From the NCBI GenBank assembly GCA_051859245.1, contig JBHYGA010000005.1, forward strand, positions 731,537 to 795,536: 64,000 nucleotides of DNA, written 5' to 3'. Origin of the DNA: Gemmatimonadaceae bacterium (GTDB lineage Bacteria > Gemmatimonadota > Gemmatimonadetes > Gemmatimonadales > Gemmatimonadaceae). Positions within the stretch are counted from its first letter, which is position 1. Each line of letters opens with the position of its first letter. Positions 29,986-38,556 of the stretch are shown here, piece after piece. The notes beneath the pieces are model-generated. The model did not search any database and was not told where the DNA came from. It was given only the letters and a program-made list of their open reading frames with translations. The position numbers and the translations under genes are program-made.

Positions 29986-30732
29986 ATGCCCATCGTCGAT
30001 CACGCCACCCGACTGATCACCTGCAAGTTGGTGTTCTGTGGGCCAGGCCGATCGGGAAAGACCACGAATCTGTCCTATCTGCATTCCGCATTGCCGGGTG
30101 AGCAGGTGGGACATTTGACGTCGCTCGCCACACGTCGCGACCGCACGTTGTTCTTCGACTACATGCCGGTAGATCTCGGATCCGTTGGCGCGTACAAAGT
30201 GCGCTTTCAGCTCTACACGGTACCGGGACAGCCGTATTACAAGGCGATTCGACAACTGGTACTGCAGGGTGCCGACGGCGTGGCGTTTGTCGCCGACAGC
30301 CAGCGTCACCGCTGGGACGACAATCTGGAGAGCCTGCAGGACATGCACGTCAATCTCGCCGAACACGGTGTGGATGCGCGTAGCCTGCCCATCGTGATGC
30401 AGTACAACAAGCAGGATCTCCCGGAATCGCTGGTGGCGTCGGTCGCGGAGCTATCGTCGGCGCTGAACTTTCGCAGCGTACCGGAGTTTGCGGCGGACGC
30501 GTTGCGCGGGCAGGGTGTGTTCGACACGCTGCGCTCGCTCGGCGTGCAAGTGCTGCGACGTCTGGGTGCGGAGGACGGCACCACAGCGGGAGCTCGCGCG
30601 CGTCAGGCGCTGGCCACACCTGTCGCGACTCCGGCGCAGCGTGCGGCATCGCTGCCGGTGCATCATCCCGCCGCGCTTCCCGCGTCGCTTGATTCGCTCG
30701 AACTTGTCAGTAGCGGGAGTGACCTGCTGTGA
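29986..30732 (+). CDS. mglA: MglA-family small Ras-like GTPase
   Basis: CKLVFCGPGRSGKTTNL, DRTLFFD, FQLYTVPGQ, GADGVAFVADSQ, QYNKQD. GAGGAG RBS upstream. Confidence 0.92.
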   Translation: MPIVDHATRLITCKLVFCGPGRSGKTTNLSYLHSALPGEQVGHLTSLATRRDRTLFFDYMPVDLGSVGAYKVRFQLYTVPGQPYYKAIRQLVLQGADGVAFVADSQRHRWDDNLESLQDMHVNLAEHGVDARSLPIVMQYNKQDLPESLVASVAELSSALNFRSVPEFAADALRGQGVFDTLRSLGVQVLRRLGAEDGTTAGARARQALATPVATPAQRAASLPVHHPAALPASLDSLELVSSGSDLL

Positions 30733-32687
30733 GTGGCCGAGCGCTCGATGGCGGATACCGCTTCGAGAATTTTGTTGTCGGTGCGTCCAATCGTCTCGCG
30801 CACTCTGCTGCGCAGCGCGTGGCCGATGCGCCAGGCAGTGCCTATAACCCACTGTTCATTTACGGCGGGCCTGGATTAGGCAAAACGCATCTTGCCGCCG
30901 CCATCGCGTATCACGCGCGGCAGTCGCACCCGGCGCTGAGAGTTGAACTCACGAGCGCAGAAGACGTGGTGGAACGCCTGCATCGTGCGATCGCCTCGGG
31001 GCAGCGCGAACAGTACGCCACGCACTTTCAGCAGGTGGACCTGCTGTTGCTCGATGATGTGCAGTTTCTTACGGGTCAGCGTGAAACACAAACTGAACTG
31101 TTGCGACTGTTCAACCTGATGCAGAGCGGTGGGCGGCAGCTGGTGATGACCAGTGATCGTCCGCCGGCGGAAATCCCCGACGTTGACCAGCGCCTCGTGT
31201 CACGTCTGTCGGGCGGATTGGTGGTTGATGTTGGTGCGCCCGATTTTGAAATGCGTCTCGCGATTCTGCGCAACAGCGCCGAAGAACGCGAACTCGTCTT
31301 CGTGGACGGCGTGCTTGATGAAGTGGCGCGACTTGCGCTTGGCAATGTGCGCGAGCTCAAGGGTGCGCTCAATCGGCTGGCGGCGTATCAGCAGCTCGAA
31401 CCGGCGCCGATCAATGCCGCGGACGTTCGCGCGGTACTCGGCGAACGCTTGAGTGGCGTTTCGGGGGCCGTGCCTGTGGTTCCGGACACGACGCGCGCGA
31501 AACCCGCGGAATACGACGGCTTTCTCGCCGACGTCACGCAAGAAGTGGAAACACGCGTGGAGCGTTGGCGCGTCACGCTGGGCGAGGCGTGTGCGTTCTG
31601 GCGGAGCGAAGGCTTCGTCACGGTGGTGCTTGAACGCGCCATGCAGCTGCCTGCGGCGCCAGATGTGAACGGCCTGCTGGCCACGTTTGCGGCGGCGGTT
31701 GACCACTTGCGCGGTCTGGAGATGCAAGCGGTGACGCTGGATCCGGGTGTACGCGGGCATCCTGCATTTCGTAATCCCGAAATGGTCGCGGAAGCGCAGC
31801 GTTTGCTCGATCGCGCGCTGGCCTCTGCGTTGCCCCTGCCGGCGCCCAATCCGCAGTATACCCGCAGCGGGCTGGAAGCCGGCTTGTCAAATCAACTGGC
31901 ACTCAAGGCCGCCGACGCGGCGATTGAACATCCGGGTCAGCGCTACAATCCGCTGTTCATTCACGGGCCAAGCGGCACCGGCAAAACACATCTTGCACAC
32001 GCGATTGCGAGCGCGCTGCGCGACATGAAGCCGCGCACCGCCGTGGCCTGTGTTGACGCAACCACATTTGTCGAAGAGCTGGTCGCGGCCATGCAGGAAG
32101 GTGGCGTGGAGCGCTGGAGAGCACGTTATCGCGCCGCCGAAGTACTGGTCATTGATGATGTGCATCAACTCGCCGACAAAGAGCGCACGCAGGAAGAGCT
32201 CTTTCATCTGTTCAATGTGTTGCATGATCGTGGTGCGCAGATTGTGCTGACCAGTGATCGGGCGCCGCGCGAGTTGCGCGGTATGGCCGATCGCTTGCGC
32301 TCGCGATTTGAAGGCGGACTGGTAGTCGTGCTGCAGCCGCCTGATCGCGCGTTGCGCGAACGGCTGGTGCGTCGCCTGCTGATCGAAGCCGGCTACGCGG
32401 ACGACGCAACACTGGTGTCGTACCTGTCCGATCGTGAAGCGACCAGCGCGCGTGAACTCGAAGGTGTGATTACCCGCCTTGCTGCGGCCGCAGATTTGCT
32501 GGCGGTGCCGCTGGATTTACCCCTGGCGCGACGCGAGCTGGAAGGCGTGACGCGCATGGTCGCGGCCACACCGCGCGCTGGCGTTCCGCTTCGCGACGGT
32601 GCGCAAGACGCCTTCTTCCTTGATCACGAAAAAATTCTCTGGGATTGGCCCGATGCCGGTGATCGTTTGCTCGAGGACTTCCGATAA
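30729..32687 (+). CDS. Tandem DnaA/Hda-family AAA+ protein (two domain III modules, no domain I or IV)
   Basis: Module 1: YNPLFIYGGPGLGKTHL, LLLDD, TSDRPP, RLVSRL, NVRELKGAL. Module 2: YNPLFIHGPSGTGKTHL, LVIDD, TSDRAP, RLRSRF, SARELEG. Confidence 0.9.
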   Translation: MSGRALDGGYRFENFVVGASNRLAHSAAQRVADAPGSAYNPLFIYGGPGLGKTHLAAAIAYHARQSHPALRVELTSAEDVVERLHRAIASGQREQYATHFQQVDLLLLDDVQFLTGQRETQTELLRLFNLMQSGGRQLVMTSDRPPAEIPDVDQRLVSRLSGGLVVDVGAPDFEMRLAILRNSAEERELVFVDGVLDEVARLALGNVRELKGALNRLAAYQQLEPAPINAADVRAVLGERLSGVSGAVPVVPDTTRAKPAEYDGFLADVTQEVETRVERWRVTLGEACAFWRSEGFVTVVLERAMQLPAAPDVNGLLATFAAAVDHLRGLEMQAVTLDPGVRGHPAFRNPEMVAEAQRLLDRALASALPLPAPNPQYTRSGLEAGLSNQLALKAADAAIEHPGQRYNPLFIHGPSGTGKTHLAHAIASALRDMKPRTAVACVDATTFVEELVAAMQEGGVERWRARYRAAEVLVIDDVHQLADKERTQEELFHLFNVLHDRGAQIVLTSDRAPRELRGMADRLRSRFEGGLVVVLQPPDRALRERLVRRLLIEAGYADDATLVSYLSDREATSARELEGVITRLAAAADLLAVPLDLPLARRELEGVTRMVAATPRAGVPLRDGAQDAFFLDHEKILWDWPDAGDRLLEDFR

Positions 32688-34312
32688 TGGCGATTCGCGG
32701 AAGTCTTAGCGAAGCAAGTCTGGCGGATGTGCTGCAGCTGCTGGCACTCGGTCAGAAAACGGGTGTGCTCAGTCTGGCGCGCGAAGGCAGTTTCGGGGCG
32801 GTGCACTTTGACCGTGGTGCGATCTGGCACGCATCTTTGGTGAATCGACGGGACCGACTGGCCGACCGACTGCTGCGCGCCGGCGTTATTGAGGCCGACG
32901 CGTTAGCGCGCATTCAGGCCGAGCTGCCGGATGACGACGACCGACAGCTCGCCCGACTGTTGCTCGCGCGCGAACTCGTGCCTGGCGACATGATCGCGCG
33001 CGAGTGCCGCGCGTTGATCGAAGAAATTGTGTGTGTGTTGTTCACGTGGAATGCGGGTACGTTCGCGTTTGAAGCGCAGCAGTCGCCGGCGGATCCGCTG
33101 ATCGTGGCCGTACCAGCGGATTCGCTGCTCATGGAAGCCGCGCGTCGCGTGGATGAATGGACGCAGATTGAAAAGAAGATTCCGTCGCTCGATCTTATCT
33201 TTGAGATCGATGTGGTGAGGCTGCAGCAAAGTGGCGTAGCGCTCACGTCTGATCAGTCGATCGTAGCACCGTGGCTTGATGGCACGCATGATGTGGCATC
33301 AATCGTCGAGCGGTCAGGGCTTGGCGAGTTCGCGGTCGGTAAAGCGGTGTACGGCTTGGTCACGGCCGGATTTGCGCAGCGAGTGGGCCGCAGCTCGGCG
33401 CGCCGTCAGCCGGCGCCGGAAAGTCGTGTGGCCGAGCACCGCAATCTTGGCGTGGCGTTCTACCGCACGGGCATGTATGACGAGGCCTCGCGGGAGTTCC
33501 GCCGTGTGCTCGAGCTGCGTGCCGATGATCTGGGCGCGCGCTTTCATCTGGGTCTGGTACACGTGCGTCGTGAAGCCTGGGATGCGGCCATCGACATGCT
33601 GCGGCGTGCGGCTGAACAGCTCGATGCCAAACCTGCGGTGTTGCAGGCCCTCGCGTATGCCTACGAACGCAGTGGGCAGCTGGAGTTGGCGGAGAGCACG
33701 CTGGCGGAAGCGGCACGTCGCGGCGGTTCTGAAGATCCGCGCGTGGCGTTGTCACAGGCGGTGGTGGCTACGCTGCGCGGTGATCTGCCACGCGCTGAAG
33801 AACGTCTGTCCACCGCACGCTCGCTGTGGGGAGCGCGCCAGCCCAGTGCCGTGTGGTTTCATCATGCGGGGCTCGCGGCAGCGCTGCGTGGTGAGACGGA
33901 TCGAGCGGTGGCGCTGCTTGAAGAAGGCACCGCGCTGCATCCGCACGCCACGGTGTTGTTCAATGATCTGGCCGTGGTGCAGGAGCGTCGCGGCGCTCAC
34001 GAAGCCGCGGCTCGTACGCTTGAACATGCACTGCTCGAAGAAAGTGGTCTGCCGCAGCTGCACAAGAATCTCGGCGACTACAAGTATCGTGCGCAGCAGT
34101 ATGACGATGCGTGTGACTCGTACGAGCGGGTGGTGCGACTTGCACCTGACCACGGTGCCGATGTGTGGCTGAAGATCGGCAATATTCACTATCGCCGCGG
34201 CGATCAGTTTGCGGCGCGGGAAGCCTGGGAACGAGCGCTGGCGATTGATCCAGGCAACGCCATCGTGCGCGGGAACCTCGGCGTATCGCGCGGACAGGAG
34301 ACCGCCGCGTGA
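32687..34312 (+). CDS. DUF4388 (PATAN) plus TPR repeat protein
   Basis: MAIRGSLSEASLADVLQLLALGQKTG, WNAGTFAF, LLMEAARRVDEW, then TPRs (EHRNLGVAFYRTG, LHKNLGDY, VWLKIGNIHY). Confidence 0.88.
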   Translation: MAIRGSLSEASLADVLQLLALGQKTGVLSLAREGSFGAVHFDRGAIWHASLVNRRDRLADRLLRAGVIEADALARIQAELPDDDDRQLARLLLARELVPGDMIARECRALIEEIVCVLFTWNAGTFAFEAQQSPADPLIVAVPADSLLMEAARRVDEWTQIEKKIPSLDLIFEIDVVRLQQSGVALTSDQSIVAPWLDGTHDVASIVERSGLGEFAVGKAVYGLVTAGFAQRVGRSSARRQPAPESRVAEHRNLGVAFYRTGMYDEASREFRRVLELRADDLGARFHLGLVHVRREAWDAAIDMLRRAAEQLDAKPAVLQALAYAYERSGQLELAESTLAEAARRGGSEDPRVALSQAVVATLRGDLPRAEERLSTARSLWGARQPSAVWFHHAGLAAALRGETDRAVALLEEGTALHPHATVLFNDLAVVQERRGAHEAAARTLEHALLEESGLPQLHKNLGDYKYRAQQYDDACDSYERVVRLAPDHGADVWLKIGNIHYRRGDQFAAREAWERALAIDPGNAIVRGNLGVSRGQETAA

Positions 34313-35127
34313 GCACCGTCGACGAGCGTTCCGTTGCGAACCTCGACGATGGACTGGATCGCCTGCTCGCAAAGATTGCGAGTGAGCACGGTGTCCCGTG
34401 CCTCGGGTACAAGCCGTCGTGTTTGCGCCGTCGCGTAAGCGTGCGCCTTCGTGCTACAGGCACTCAGAACTTCGCCGCGTACGCGGCGCTGCTCGATGCG
34501 CAGCCAGAGGAGTGGCCACGCCTGCTTGATGCGCTCACGATCAACGTGACTGGCTTTTTCCGGGACCACAGCGTGTATCGCGTGCTGCGTGAGCAGGTGA
34601 TCCCATCACTCATGGGAGCGCACCCGAATACACTTCGCGCGTGGAGCGCGGGCTGCGCCAGCGGTGAAGAAGCGTGGAGCATCGCCATGCTGCTCGCTGA
34701 GTGCGCGGGCGTGACGCGTACACAGGTGCTCGCCACGGACATCGATACGCAGAGCCTCGCACGAGCCACGGCTGGCGCGTACCCCGCGATTATTGCGCGC
34801 GAAATGCCCGAGGAGTTGCAGCGGCAGTGGTGGTCGGGGCACGAACCAGTGGTCGTGAGCGACGCGTTGCGGCGTTGCGTAACATTTGGGCGGTTCAACC
34901 TGCTCACTGATCAGGCACCGCCGTCCGCGTACGATCTGATCACCTGCCGCAACGTGCTGATCTATTTTGCGCGTGACGCGCAAGAGTCGCTCTTCATGCG
35001 CTTCGCCGACGCGTTGCGCATTGGCGGTGTGCTCGTGCTCGGCAAGGTGGAAATTCTGTCAGGGCCAGCGCGTGCGCGATTTGCGGCTATTGACGCGCGT
35101 GAGCGTATTTATCGGCGCGTGGCATGA
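34309..35127 (+). CDS. cheR: Chemotaxis methyltransferase CheR
   Basis: LTINVTGFFRD, WSAGCASGEEAWS, ATDID, DLITCRNVLIYF. Confidence 0.95.
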   Translation: MSTVDERSVANLDDGLDRLLAKIASEHGVPCLGYKPSCLRRRVSVRLRATGTQNFAAYAALLDAQPEEWPRLLDALTINVTGFFRDHSVYRVLREQVIPSLMGAHPNTLRAWSAGCASGEEAWSIAMLLAECAGVTRTQVLATDIDTQSLARATAGAYPAIIAREMPEELQRQWWSGHEPVVVSDALRRCVTFGRFNLLTDQAPPSAYDLITCRNVLIYFARDAQESLFMRFADALRIGGVLVLGKVEILSGPARARFAAIDARERIYRRVA

Positions 35128-35603
35128 CGGAGATTCGCGTGTCGATTGCCGACTATGCGGTGGCGCGGGGCGGAACACGTCTGATCACGGTGGGCCTCGG
35201 CTCGTGCGTGGCGATTGCGTTGCATGCTAAAGCGCAGAACGCAGGCGCACTCGCGCATGTGATGCTACCGCACGAAGCGCTGTCGAGCGATCGTTCAAGT
35301 CCGGGCAAGTTCGCGTCGTCGGCCGTGCCGCATATGCTCACGCAACTGAAAGCGCTTGGTGTGGTGGACGGACTTGAGGCGCGGCTGGTTGGTGGAGCAT
35401 CCATGTTTGAGCAACTGCTGCCAACTGGTGCCGTGCCGCTCGGCACTCGCAATGTGGCGGCGGCGCGCGCGGCCTGCGCGGCCGCGGGAATTCCGATTGT
35501 CGCGGAAGACACCGGCGGTGGTTTTGGTCGCAGCGTGTTCTTTGATATCAACGAAGGACGTTTAACGGTGCGCTCCGTGGCGCGTGGCGATGTTGAGCTC
35601 TGA
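35124..35603 (+). CDS. cheD: Chemoreceptor glutamine deamidase CheD
   Basis: TVGLGSCVAI, AHVMLP, GGASMF, GTRN, EDTGGGFGRSV. Confidence 0.95.
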   Translation: MTEIRVSIADYAVARGGTRLITVGLGSCVAIALHAKAQNAGALAHVMLPHEALSSDRSSPGKFASSAVPHMLTQLKALGVVDGLEARLVGGASMFEQLLPTGAVPLGTRNVAAARAACAAAGIPIVAEDTGGGFGRSVFFDINEGRLTVRSVARGDVEL

Positions 35604-36702
35604 CGTGACACGCCGCCGCCGCGTGCTTGTGGTGGATGACAGCGCCTTCATGCGCCGTCTGATTCGCGATCTCATCACCGATAGTGGTGAGTTTGATGTG
35701 ATCGGTGTGGCGAAGGATGGGACCGAAGCCATTCGCATGGTGCACGAACTGGACCCGGAGATCGTCACGCTCGACATCGAGATGCCCGGACTCGACGGCC
35801 TTGAGGTCCTGGGCTACATCATGAGTGAAGTGCCGCGCGCCGTGGTCATGCTTAGTGCCGGCGGGGGCGATGGCGCGGCCGCGAGCACGTTGCGCGCGCT
35901 TGAACTGGGTGCGGTGGATTTTGTGCGCAAGCCATCGGGTCCGATCAGCATCGACTTTGCGCGCGTTGCTGATCGGTTGCTTGATGCACTGCGTGCCGCG
36001 GCAGAAATGCGTGTGGAGAAGGTGCACGTGCTCGCGCGCCCCCTTGGTGCATCGCACGCCTCACGCCGATTGCGAGCGGTATCCACGCCGGCCACGTGCG
36101 CGGTGGTGATCGCCGCATCAACCGGCGGACCGGCGGCGCTCACGCAGGTGATTCCGCGCCTGCCACGAGGGTTGGGCGCGGCGGTGCTGGTGGTGCAGCA
36201 CATGCCCAAGGGTTTTACCGCGAGTCTCGCACAACGTCTTGATGCCGCCAGTCAGTTGCGCGTGTGCGAAGCGACTGATGGTGATCTTGTGCAGCCCGAT
36301 ACCGTGTACATCGCGCCGGGCGGTTTGCACATGCGCGTGCTCTCCACGGTGGACGGTCCGCGCCTGTCACTCGAGCACGGTCCCACCATGTGGGGCGTGC
36401 GTCCCGCTGCGGACCCGCTGTTTTCATCGGCAGCCGAGACGTTCGGTGCGCAACTGGTGGGTGTCGTGCTCACCGGCATGGGACGCGACGGTGCCGATGG
36501 CTTGCGGCTGGTGCGTGCGGCTGGCGGAGCAGCACTGGTGCAGGATCCGGCGCACGCCGTGATTCCGGGCATGCCGAATGCCGCGCTGCGGCACGCTGGT
36601 GCCGATGCCATTGTGCCAATCGGTGAAATGGCGCACATGATTGAACAACAGCTCGCGCTGCTGCCGCCATACACGCCGCAGGCTCGCGGAGGTGTCGCGT
36701 GA
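35590..36702 (+). CDS. cheB: Chemotaxis methylesterase CheB (REC plus esterase)
   Basis: VVDDSAFMRR, TLDIEMP, ASTGGP, VQHMP, LTGMGRDG. Start uncertain (35584-35605). Confidence 0.96.
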   Translation: MLSSDVTRRRRVLVVDDSAFMRRLIRDLITDSGEFDVIGVAKDGTEAIRMVHELDPEIVTLDIEMPGLDGLEVLGYIMSEVPRAVVMLSAGGGDGAAASTLRALELGAVDFVRKPSGPISIDFARVADRLLDALRAAAEMRVEKVHVLARPLGASHASRRLRAVSTPATCAVVIAASTGGPAALTQVIPRLPRGLGAAVLVVQHMPKGFTASLAQRLDAASQLRVCEATDGDLVQPDTVYIAPGGLHMRVLSTVDGPRLSLEHGPTMWGVRPAADPLFSSAAETFGAQLVGVVLTGMGRDGADGLRLVRAAGGAALVQDPAHAVIPGMPNAALRHAGADAIVPIGEMAHMIEQQLALLPPYTPQARGGVA

Positions 36703-37157
36703 CCATCACACACGACCTGCTCCTGTTCGACGTGGGCGCCGAGCGATTTGCGGTGCCGTTGGCGGCGCTGCGATCTGTCGAGGACAGCGTGCGTGTGCAA
36801 CGCACACGCGTTCCGCACGAGCGGGGTGTTGGTGTGTGGCGTACAGATGATGCGTTCGTTACGGTGTACGAGCCGGCGCCGGTGCTGGGTGTGTCGCTGC
36901 ACAGCGCGGAACCGCTGCTCATGTTATTGAGCGGTGCGAGCGGGAACGTGGGATTGCTCGTCGATCATGCGGAGGCTGCAGTGGCGGTTGACACCGGCGC
37001 GTTGCGCGATCTCTCGGGGCTTGGCGCTGGCGACCGCGTGGTGCTGGGTGCCTTGCGCCACGAGGAACGGTGGGTGACTCTGCTCGATGCCGGTGCACTG
37101 GTCGATGCGTTGGCCACGCGCGTTGGGTTGTCCTCGCACCAGGAGATGTCGTCGTGA
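36699..37157 (+). CDS. cheW: Divergent CheW-like protein (2)
   Basis: LLFDVGAERFAVPL, VGLLVD, VTLLDAGAL. Weak but recognisable CheW pattern. Confidence 0.7.
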   Translation: MTITHDLLLFDVGAERFAVPLAALRSVEDSVRVQRTRVPHERGVGVWRTDDAFVTVYEPAPVLGVSLHSAEPLLMLLSGASGNVGLLVDHAEAAVAVDTGALRDLSGLGAGDRVVLGALRHEERWVTLLDAGALVDALATRVGLSSHQEMSS

Positions 37158-37669
37158 TTTCACGCACAGCTGCGGCCCAGGCGATTGTTGATCACGCCAC
37201 GCTCGTCACGTTTTCTGTTGGCACGCATTTGCTCGCGGCGCCGGTGGAACACGTGGAACGTGTCCTGCGGTGGACACAGCCCTCGCCCATGCCGCAGCTG
37301 CCAGACTGGCTGGACGGCGTGATTCCCCACGGCGGACGCATGGTTCCCGTGGTGGATCTGCGCAAGCGCTTTGGTCAGACGCGTGTTGAGTCCAACGCGT
37401 CCACGCGCATCGTGGTGTTCGCCGTTGGATCAGACTGGCTCGGTGCGGCGGTTGATGGTGTGCATGATGTCATCACCGTGGACGCGACCGGCATCACGCC
37501 GCCGCCCCCCGTGGTGCGCGGACTGTCCGGGCAGTACTTGTTGGGTCTCGCGTCGCGCAACGATCGGGTGGTCCTCGTGCTTGATGTGGGACGTTTGCTC
37601 ACCTCCACGGAACAGCTCGCGCTGCACGACGCCGAACTGAATCACGATTCACCAGCGCCCGACGCATGA
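37154..37669 (+). CDS. cheW: CheW (3)
   Basis: LVTFSVG, PMPQLPDWLDGVI..GRMVPVVDLRKRF, GAAVDGVHDV. AGGAG RBS at 37141. Confidence 0.9.
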   Translation: MISRTAAAQAIVDHATLVTFSVGTHLLAAPVEHVERVLRWTQPSPMPQLPDWLDGVIPHGGRMVPVVDLRKRFGQTRVESNASTRIVVFAVGSDWLGAAVDGVHDVITVDATGITPPPPVVRGLSGQYLLGLASRNDRVVLVLDVGRLLTSTEQLALHDAELNHDSPAPDA

Positions 37670-38556
37670 CGGAACAGCTGTTGCCGACAGACGCGAGTCC
37701 CAACGCCCACACAACACTCGCCGAGCTGGTGCTCGCCGAGCAGTTGTTGCGTGAACGGTTGGCCGGCACACACAACGCGTCGGAGCGCGCGGCGCTGAAA
37801 GATGAGATCATTGCGCTGTTCCGCGCTGTTGAAGCCACGGAAGCGCGCGTGTCTGCGCTCAAGCAGTCAGTGAAGTCGCTCGCAGAAGAGTGGAAAAAAT
37901 CAGATGGTCGCGCGGCCAGTGGCTCGTCGCGCGGTGCGCAATCGCAGCGCGTGGATCATCTCGGCGCGTCCACATTTGTCGAGAAGGGCTGGTCGCGATT
38001 GGCGCTCGGAGACGCGCCGGCCGCGGAGGCCGCGCTGCACCGTGCATTGGCCCTGGCGCCCGGCAGCAATGAAGCCGAAGCGCTGCTCGGCTGGGCGCAG
38101 ATGATGCAGGAACAGTACGATGTCGCTCTGCTCACCTTTCACAATGTGTTGTTGCGCGAACCGCAGAACGCACTGGCGCGCACGAATGTGGGCTACATCT
38201 GTCTGCGCAAAAAGATCTATGGCGAGGCGATTGAGCACCTGACCAAAGCCATTCGCCTCGATAACGACCCCAAGGCCACGTTGTACGCGCACCTCTATCT
38301 CGGTTTGGTGTATTTCGATCGCGAGATGTACGACGACGCGCGAATGTTCTTTGCGAAGACGCTCGCGCTCGGCCCGAACATGCTGCAGGCGTATTTTGAA
38401 CTCGGTCGTGCGCATTGGTTTGCCGGCGATAAAGTGGCAGCGCGCGAGGCGTGGCGAGATGGCGCGGCGGCGAACAAGTTCAACCCATGGGGCAAGCGGT
38501 GCGCAGAGGTGCTGGCGGCGATCGAACAAGGGGAGCAACCTCCGCGCGAGGTGTAG
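37666..38556 (+). CDS. Coiled-coil plus TPR protein
   Basis: N-terminal heptads (LKDEIIALFRAVE), then TPRs (ARTNVGYI, AHLYLGLVY, AYFELGRAHW). Confidence 0.85.
   Translation: MTEQLLPTDASPNAHTTLAELVLAEQLLRERLAGTHNASERAALKDEIIALFRAVEATEARVSALKQSVKSLAEEWKKSDGRAASGSSRGAQSQRVDHLGASTFVEKGWSRLALGDAPAAEAALHRALALAPGSNEAEALLGWAQMMQEQYDVALLTFHNVLLREPQNALARTNVGYICLRKKIYGEAIEHLTKAIRLDNDPKATLYAHLYLGLVYFDREMYDDARMFFAKTLALGPNMLQAYFELGRAHWFAGDKVAAREAWRDGAAANKFNPWGKRCAEVLAAIEQGEQPPREV

Noticed and set aside
30729..32687. Canonical dnaA marking oriC
   Set aside because: No domain I or IV, no dnaN/recF/gyrB nearby, and no AT-rich intergenic DnaA-box cluster.
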